Below, piece after piece: positions 58,794-64,000 of a stretch of DNA of 64,000 nt. The notes beneath the pieces were generated by a model. The model made no database searches. It saw only the letters and a list, made by a program, of their open reading frames with translations, and had not been told where the DNA came from. Origin of the DNA: Bacteroidales bacterium UBA4772. GTDB lineage: Bacteria; Bacteroidota; Bacteroidia; Bacteroidales; VadinHA17. The stretch's first letter is position 1. Every line of letters starts with the position of its first letter. The DNA lies in NCBI GenBank assembly GCA_002403305.1, contig DHHM01000007.1, positions 1,446 to 65,445 of the forward strand, in the 5' to 3' direction. The position numbers and the translations under genes were made by a program.

Positions 58794-59699
58794 TCACTTC
58801 AAGAGTCTCACCGGCCAGGGAAGGGTGTTTCTGTAGAGTCGGTAATAGATGGTTTTTGTTCCGCCGAACGACTTCATGAAGATGGCTATTGAGGGCACGG
58901 AAGACCCTGCGAAATCGAGGGTCATGCTGCTCTCCGCATCCATTCTGATGATATTGTCAATGACATGGTAGGCTGTCCTGAGCTCACGGCTCTTCCTGCT
59001 GCCTGCAGTAAAGAGCATTGTTATGCGTGAGCGGTAATAGATACAGAAGACTCCCCACAGCAGCTTTCCCTTCGGTGACCTGACGCCCAGTATCCTTCCT
59101 TTTCCCGTCTCGAGACAGTGATCCATCAGTGCCTGGAGACGTTTATAGCTGGTCTCCCGGATGACGCCGGCCCTCTTGCCGATATTGCTTCTGAAGAGAG
59201 AGATGACCTCTTGTGGTTTGACATCATCCACAATATCCTGCGGATAGCGGTGTGCAATGTTGATGTTCCTCCGGCAATCGGTAGAATAGTTCAGCCATAT
59301 CTCCTCATAGGACCTGTCAAGCTTAAGCTCGAAATTGTCACGCCTGGTGATTGTAAATCCCGGAATGCGGATCTCCTGCCCGATATTCAGGTCGATAAGT
59401 CTGTAAAATTCCGGCATAAAGGAGACAAACTCCGAGGCTATCCTGTTGCTGTCGCCGTCAGCGGTAAACAGCCCCAGTTGCTGAAGAAAGAGCGGTGTGG
59501 CAATATAGCTGAAGCCAAACTTGCGCGAGCAGGGAAGCGGAAACAGCGACAGGTAGTCGTCATCTACCAGGGCTTCCCACCCGGGGGCCATGATATCGAG
59601 GTACCACGACCAGGGGTAAGGTCTCAGGCCGGGTATCTCCGCCAGGGAGTCATCCCATCTGCGGCGGTCTATCTCTTCATTTCTGAGGTATGCAATCAT
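58794..59699 (-). CDS. FemAB/GNAT-like acyltransferase-fold protein
   Basis: WYLDIMAPGW, TPLFLQQLG, YSTDCRRNI, LDFAGSSVPSIAIFMKSFGG. Confidence 0.65.
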   Translation of the reverse strand: MIAYLRNEEIDRRRWDDSLAEIPGLRPYPWSWYLDIMAPGWEALVDDDYLSLFPLPCSRKFGFSYIATPLFLQQLGLFTADGDSNRIASEFVSFMPEFYRLIDLNIGQEIRIPGFTITRRDNFELKLDRSYEEIWLNYSTDCRRNINIAHRYPQDIVDDVKPQEVISLFRSNIGKRAGVIRETSYKRLQALMDHCLETGKGRILGVRSPKGKLLWGVFCIYYRSRITMLFTAGSRKSRELRTAYHVIDNIIRMDAESSMTLDFAGSSVPSIAIFMKSFGGTKTIYYRLYRNTLPWPVRLLK

Positions 59700-60988
59700 G
59701 CCTTCTGCAGTGCCAGGGTTTCCTCAAACACCATTCTCCACCCCTCCCATCCGTTTGATTCGGAGAGTGAAGTGTTATGCCATACCGAGACGAAAACGCC
59801 TCCCACCCTTCTGGTAGCGCTGATCAGTGATCTTATCACCGCCAGGGATGCCTCCGGCGTCAAATGCCGGTACTGTCTCAGGGTTCCGTCCATCACCTGG
59901 AAAGGCACCACAGTCAGTCCCGTCCGCTTCTCACTCGACAGATCATAGAAGATAAACGGCCGGGCCATACCTGCCCTGAACCCCGGCTCATCCGCATAAC
60001 CCATGGTATAATCGTACTTTATGCCCGCACTCTCCCATGCCCGGTATGTATCCGGCATGCGGAGCAGAAGCCAGTGCTGCCGTGCACGTTCCGGATGATG
60101 ACCTGCAATATGGCGGTAGCGTTCCGTCTCCGTCTTCAGGGTTTTTGGCCTTCCCGCGGAACGGTAGGAAGGATGGATACCGCTGCCGAACATGGTGTCG
60201 TATTTCCTGATTATCTCGCCATAGGCATGATCACGGCAGGGAGGATTATGATCATATTCGCCCTGGTCACCCGTAGGGAAGAAAAAGAGTGCCTCACTGC
60301 CGTGCTGCAATATCTGCTGCTCGATATATCCGAAACTGTCGTAAGGATCAGGCATCGTACCGGCCATGGTCCTGACCCTGTCCGCCGCCTTCGCGCCTGT
60401 GCCGGCAAACCCCTTGACCAATCCTCCCATGCTGCGGAGAAAACCGCGGCTGCGATAGGCAAAAGGCTGATCGACATCAACGGTAAGCAATGACCGGAAC
60501 TCGTTGTGTCTGATAGTGATGACAGGAAAAAACTTAACCAGTTCCTCCGCCAGGAAACGGGCCCAGATCTCTACTACCGGCACCTGCAAGAAGCCTCCCC
60601 GATATGCCATTGACCTCTCACCCAGGTACCTGCCGTGGACATCCGGCGCAAAGGAGAGATACTCCTCATACCTGGTGACCATGTAAAAGGCTGCCGAGAA
60701 CACATCAAAGGGGAGAGTCCCGTCATCAACCGGAAAGATGTACGGCATCTCACCAATGAATGAGACCCCGGGCCTTATCTCACTGACGACCGTCTCAGAA
60801 AGCAGACCCGAAGGCCTGACCACAAACTGATCCCCGACCTTCTCCCCGGAGTAGATAATGGCCGGACTGCTTCCGATCCTCCTGCGGTCTGTCGTTATCT
60901 CATATTCGATACCGAGAATTGTCGAGAAGATAATCTCTGCAGCATACTCCAGCCTGGGCGTTACCTCCGGAGAATATATCCTGAGCAT
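59696..60988 (-). CDS. Polysaccharide deacetylase-like protein (Bacteroidota type)
   Basis: FDVFSAAFYMVTRYEEY, TVDVD, GIHPSY, RQHWL, GFRAG, SVWHN; start 60988 fits the -7 box at 61006-61013. Confidence 0.75.
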   Translation of the reverse strand: MLRIYSPEVTPRLEYAAEIIFSTILGIEYEITTDRRRIGSSPAIIYSGEKVGDQFVVRPSGLLSETVVSEIRPGVSFIGEMPYIFPVDDGTLPFDVFSAAFYMVTRYEEYLSFAPDVHGRYLGERSMAYRGGFLQVPVVEIWARFLAEELVKFFPVITIRHNEFRSLLTVDVDQPFAYRSRGFLRSMGGLVKGFAGTGAKAADRVRTMAGTMPDPYDSFGYIEQQILQHGSEALFFFPTGDQGEYDHNPPCRDHAYGEIIRKYDTMFGSGIHPSYRSAGRPKTLKTETERYRHIAGHHPERARQHWLLLRMPDTYRAWESAGIKYDYTMGYADEPGFRAGMARPFIFYDLSSEKRTGLTVVPFQVMDGTLRQYRHLTPEASLAVIRSLISATRRVGGVFVSVWHNTSLSESNGWEGWRMVFEETLALQKA

Positions 60989-61005
60989 TTTAGTTCCCAT
61001 GTCAG

Positions 61006-61013
61006 CAAATTTA
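61006..61013 (-). promoter_or_regulatory. -7 box (TAAATTTG) for deacetylase/GNAT pair
   Basis: Exact TAnnTTTG 17 nt upstream of ATG 60988. Confidence 0.55.
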
Positions 61014-61091
61014 AAAAAAGGAGAGATAAGCAACCGGCTGTTTAGCCTCTTATTTATTAACAGAAATGCTTTTAGGAGAGGCAAATTTTAC

Positions 61092-61099
61092 TATTTTTG
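61092..61099 (+). promoter_or_regulatory. -7 box (TATTTTTG) for THX gene
   Basis: Exact TAnnTTTG 42 nt upstream of ATG. Confidence 0.55.
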
Positions 61100-61141
61100 T
61101 TGTCTCTGTAGATCTGATCTTAAAATTAAACTAAACAAATT

Positions 61142-61456
61142 ATGGGCAAAGGTGATAAGAAATCCAGGAGAGGAAAAATAATAAGAGGCACCTATGGCGT
61201 ACTCCGCAAGAAAAAGAAAAAAGGGAGTGTTATGCCGGCACCCGCAAAGGAAGAGATAAAGAGAACAGAGGAGACTCCGGAGGTTAAGACCGCCCCCGCC
61301 GGGAAAGCAACCAAAACAACCAGGGCCAAGCCTGCCGCAAAATCTGCTGCCAAAACGACAGCTAAGAAGAGCGATGTAAAGAAGAAGCCTGCAGCTGCGA
61401 AGACAGCCAAATCTCCAACAAAAGCCAAAAAAACAGCAGGGAGCAAGGAAGAGTAG
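61142..61456 (+). CDS. 30S ribosomal protein THX (bTHX) with long Lys/Ala/Thr-rich tail
   Basis: MGKGDKKSRRGKIIRGTYG signature; C-terminal AKPAAKSAAKTTAKK repeats. Confidence 0.88.
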   Translation: MGKGDKKSRRGKIIRGTYGVLRKKKKKGSVMPAPAKEEIKRTEETPEVKTAPAGKATKTTRAKPAAKSAAKTTAKKSDVKKKPAAAKTAKSPTKAKKTAGSKEE

Positions 61457-61466
61457 GCTTTTTCAA

Positions 61467-63158
61467 TCAGGATCCGGAGATAAGCTCACTGTAAACAGAG
61501 GAATCAACAGTCGCCTCAATGATTGTGCTTCCGTTGGATTGCAGAGCCCTTTTGACGGCACTGCGCATCTGTCCCGTGTCGGTTACCTGTAAGACGCCAG
61601 CACCCAGGAACCTTTCGGCACCAAAGAGTTTATCACTGTAGAGCTGCAGAGCCGATGACCTGATATTTCTGCGCGACTCCTTTATTTTTATCAGGTTGAG
61701 CTCACCGTCGGATAGCACAACCACAACTATCTTCAACCCCAGCCTGCGGGCGGTGATCATCTCACCTGCATGCATGAGCATTCCTCCGTCTCCCGTCACG
61801 CACACCACGGGTCTTTCAGGCTCTGCCAGTGCTGCTGCCAGTGCTGCCGGCAACCCAAACCCCATGGACGACCAGCCGTTAGTCATGAGGAGTCTCCCTC
61901 CCGGAGGCACCTCCCACATCTGTCCCAGCAGGTGAAGATGCGATCCCACATCAGCCGTGACGACAGTGTTGAGGGGCAACATCTCCTGCAAAACCGCCAG
62001 GGCGGTGACAGGATTAAATCCCGGTATCTTGCTGTAAATCTCATTACGGATCTCACTCCTCACCTCTGCAGCCAGCCGGGTCATCTCCGGGGAGCTCCGC
62101 AGCGTAGTCAGGGCCTCAAACCATTTATCAGGCGCAGACAAGCTCTCTATGGCACCTCTTATGCGGAGGTCCGATGCCCGGGTGTCAAAGTGCACAAGCG
62201 GCACATCCGGAAGCCATGACTCATAATTGTACTCTACGGGGTCATAGCCAAGTCCTATTACCAGGTCAGCCGAATTCACCAGTCTCTTCAGCCGGTCGCT
62301 GAGGGCATGGAACAGCACGCCCGCATAGGAGGGGTGACCCGAAGAGATCACTCCCTTTGCCATCGGGGTGACCACCACCGGCACACTGTGCTTTTCCAGA
62401 TACCTTGCCAGGGTCTCTCCGATGCCGGCACGCGCCGCGGTAAGTCCCACGGCTATCAGCGGCCTGCGCGCTGATGCTGTCAGCACCCTGACCCGCTCTT
62501 CAGTCTGTTCCGGCAAGCTGCCTGTCGTTTCCCGGTCAAACCTCAATCCTCTCTCAGAGTTACCGGGCTTTGCCCCTGACGTATCATGTCCCGGACAGAT
62601 TTCATTTGAAGCTGCAACGGATTTCGCGCCTCCCGAACTATGTGTACGCCCTCCCTTTTCATCTGTCTCTTTTCCTGCCAGGTCCGAGGGCAAACCGATA
62701 TGCACCGGGCCTGGATACTCCTCGTTGGCCATCTCCAGGCTCCGGCAAAGGACCTCCTCCGCATTGGCAGCGTTCAGCCTGAAGGTGGCTTTTGTCAGAG
62801 GACGGAACAGCGCCTGGTGGTCAATGTGCATCTGGGTGGTGCGCCCCAGCCATTCGTCAGAAACCTCTGAGGTGAGAGCCAGCACCGGCGAGCGGTCAAG
62901 GAGGGCTCCCCCGACACCCGATGCCAGGTTGACAGCCCCCGGACCGAAGGTGCCGTGGCAGACCCCGGTGACACCTGTAACCCGGGCAGTAACGTCAGCC
63001 ATGACCGCGGCTGAAGCCTCGTGCGACGTCAGTATAAACTCGATACCCTCCCTGCGGAAGGCATCCATAAAAGGCAGTGATGGCCCTCCCGGAATGCCGA
63101 ACACCCTTCGTATCCCGTGATCCCTGAGCCTCCGGGCAAGGAGATCTTCTGATTTCAT
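61467..63158 (-). CDS. Thiamine pyrophosphate-binding enzyme (acetolactate synthase-like)
   Basis: VFGIPGG, HEASAA, GPGAVN, PGPVHI, SMGFGLPAA, TGDGG; ATG 63158 fits -7 box TACATTTG at 63179-63186. Confidence 0.85.
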   Translation of the reverse strand: MKSEDLLARRLRDHGIRRVFGIPGGPSLPFMDAFRREGIEFILTSHEASAAVMADVTARVTGVTGVCHGTFGPGAVNLASGVGGALLDRSPVLALTSEVSDEWLGRTTQMHIDHQALFRPLTKATFRLNAANAEEVLCRSLEMANEEYPGPVHIGLPSDLAGKETDEKGGRTHSSGGAKSVAASNEICPGHDTSGAKPGNSERGLRFDRETTGSLPEQTEERVRVLTASARRPLIAVGLTAARAGIGETLARYLEKHSVPVVVTPMAKGVISSGHPSYAGVLFHALSDRLKRLVNSADLVIGLGYDPVEYNYESWLPDVPLVHFDTRASDLRIRGAIESLSAPDKWFEALTTLRSSPEMTRLAAEVRSEIRNEIYSKIPGFNPVTALAVLQEMLPLNTVVTADVGSHLHLLGQMWEVPPGGRLLMTNGWSSMGFGLPAALAAALAEPERPVVCVTGDGGMLMHAGEMITARRLGLKIVVVVLSDGELNLIKIKESRRNIRSSALQLYSDKLFGAERFLGAGVLQVTDTGQMRSAVKRALQSNGSTIIEATVDSSVYSELISGS

Positions 63159-63238
63159 CGACTTTTTTTGTTCTGACACAAATGTAATCAATCAGCGAAA
63201 CAAAAAAACCGCGATATTTGCTCACCTCTTAGAACCCA

Positions 63239-64000
63239 ATGAAAGACCAGCACTACAATACCATCTTCTGGGCCATTGTCACCTGCCTGATGTGGTCCAC
63301 GGCATATCCTTTCATCAAGATCGGACTGCAATATTCGACGCCGATACATTTCGCCGGAACACGGTTCATGCTGGCGGGACTGATGATACTTCCATTCACC
63401 CTCAGACCGCGCCAGTATGTCAGAATGATACTTGACAACAAAGGATTGGCGATCTGGGTCACCGTGCTGCAGGTGCTCATCAACTATACCCTCTTCTACA
63501 AGGGAATGGACCGCGTGCCCGGAGCGCTGGGGGCAGTAATTGTGGGGGCTCAGCCTTTTGTGACAGCCATAGTGTCACGTATGATGATAAAGGAGGAGCG
63601 GTTTAGCCGCGCCAAGGTGATAACGATTTTCTTCGGCCTGGCCGGTATAGTTCTGGTGAGCGCAGGCAGGCAGGGGTTTCAGTTCGGCGTGCCGGGCGAG
63701 ATGGCAGGGGTGATAATGATCTTTATTGCTAACATCTCAACAGCAACAAGCAATGTGCTTGTATCCAAGAACGGCAAGAAAATGAATCCCGTGGTGCTCA
63801 GCTCCTTCTCCCTGCTGGTGGGAGGATTGATAATGTTCGGGGCCTCATTCTTCATTGAAGCCGTACCTGAGAAACCTGACTTCCCGTTTCATTACTGGCT
63901 TGTTCTTGCCTGGCTCTCCTTCATGTCTGCCTTCACCTTCTCAAAATGGTACGTGCTGCTGAAGAGACCGGGAGTAAAGGTCAGCGAGCTGAACCTGTGG
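63239..64000 (+). CDS. DMT/EamA family transporter (3' end beyond window)
   Basis: Manually translated: MKDQHYNTIFWAIVTCLMWSTAYPFIKIGLQYSTPIHFAGTRFMLAG...; open to window end. Confidence 0.88.
   Translation, partial: MKDQHYNTIFWAIVTCLMWSTAYPFIKIGLQYSTPIHFAGTRFMLAGLMILPFTLRPRQYVRMILDNKGLAIWVTVLQVLINYTLFYKGMDRVPGALGAVIVGAQPFVTAIVSRMMIKEERFSRAKVITIFFGLAGIVLVSAGRQGFQFGVPGEMAGVIMIFIANISTATSNVLVSKNGKKMNPVVLSSFSLLVGGLIMFGASFFIEAVPEKPDFPFHYWLVLAWLSFMSAFTFSKWYVLLKRPGVKVSELNLW

Noticed and set aside
60989-61084. ORF-track N-terminal extensions (also at 9881, 21759, 28936, 29754, 48542, 58038, 63191)
   Set aside because: They run through promoter boxes, terminators or neighbouring genes; downstream ATGs match family N-termini better

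Overview
64-kb chromosomal window from a Bacteroidota bacterium, most likely order Bacteroidales. Support: a SusC/SusD pair, the bamD-rpoZ-coaBC-DUF4835-recN-fabI operon, a short 286-aa primary sigma factor, ribosomal protein THX and many TAnnTTTG -7 promoter boxes. It is mostly housekeeping: hutI/ftcD, trxB, ppa, uvrB, rpoD, htrA, dapF, rlmN, dacB, an RND pump, gyrB, ftsE and tRNA-Pro(GGG). I found no integrase, transposase, prophage or CRISPR array. The signals most worth following up are small-scale. (1) An A11 tract in the CoaC/CoaB linker of coaBC where both +1 and -1 slips stop at once and would yield stand-alone CoaC. (2) A 21-bp-period LytTR-type direct repeat after a propeller-kinase/LytTR pair, followed by a structured, terminated, ORF-less ~120-nt candidate sRNA; related repeats lie upstream of an orphan SiaC and a hypothetical gene in the accessory cluster next to tRNA-Pro. 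(3) Two sigma-54-type promoters (htrA; TPR/beta-barrel operon) and an ECF-type promoter on a DUF4252-ECF module. (4) A probable sulfonolipid synthase (SulA/CapB-like) convergent with a PEPCK-like DUF4914 protein. (5) Dispersed heptamer and palindromic mini-repeats, including an apparent filled/empty insertion-site pair. All family assignments come from motif recognition by eye; no database search was run.
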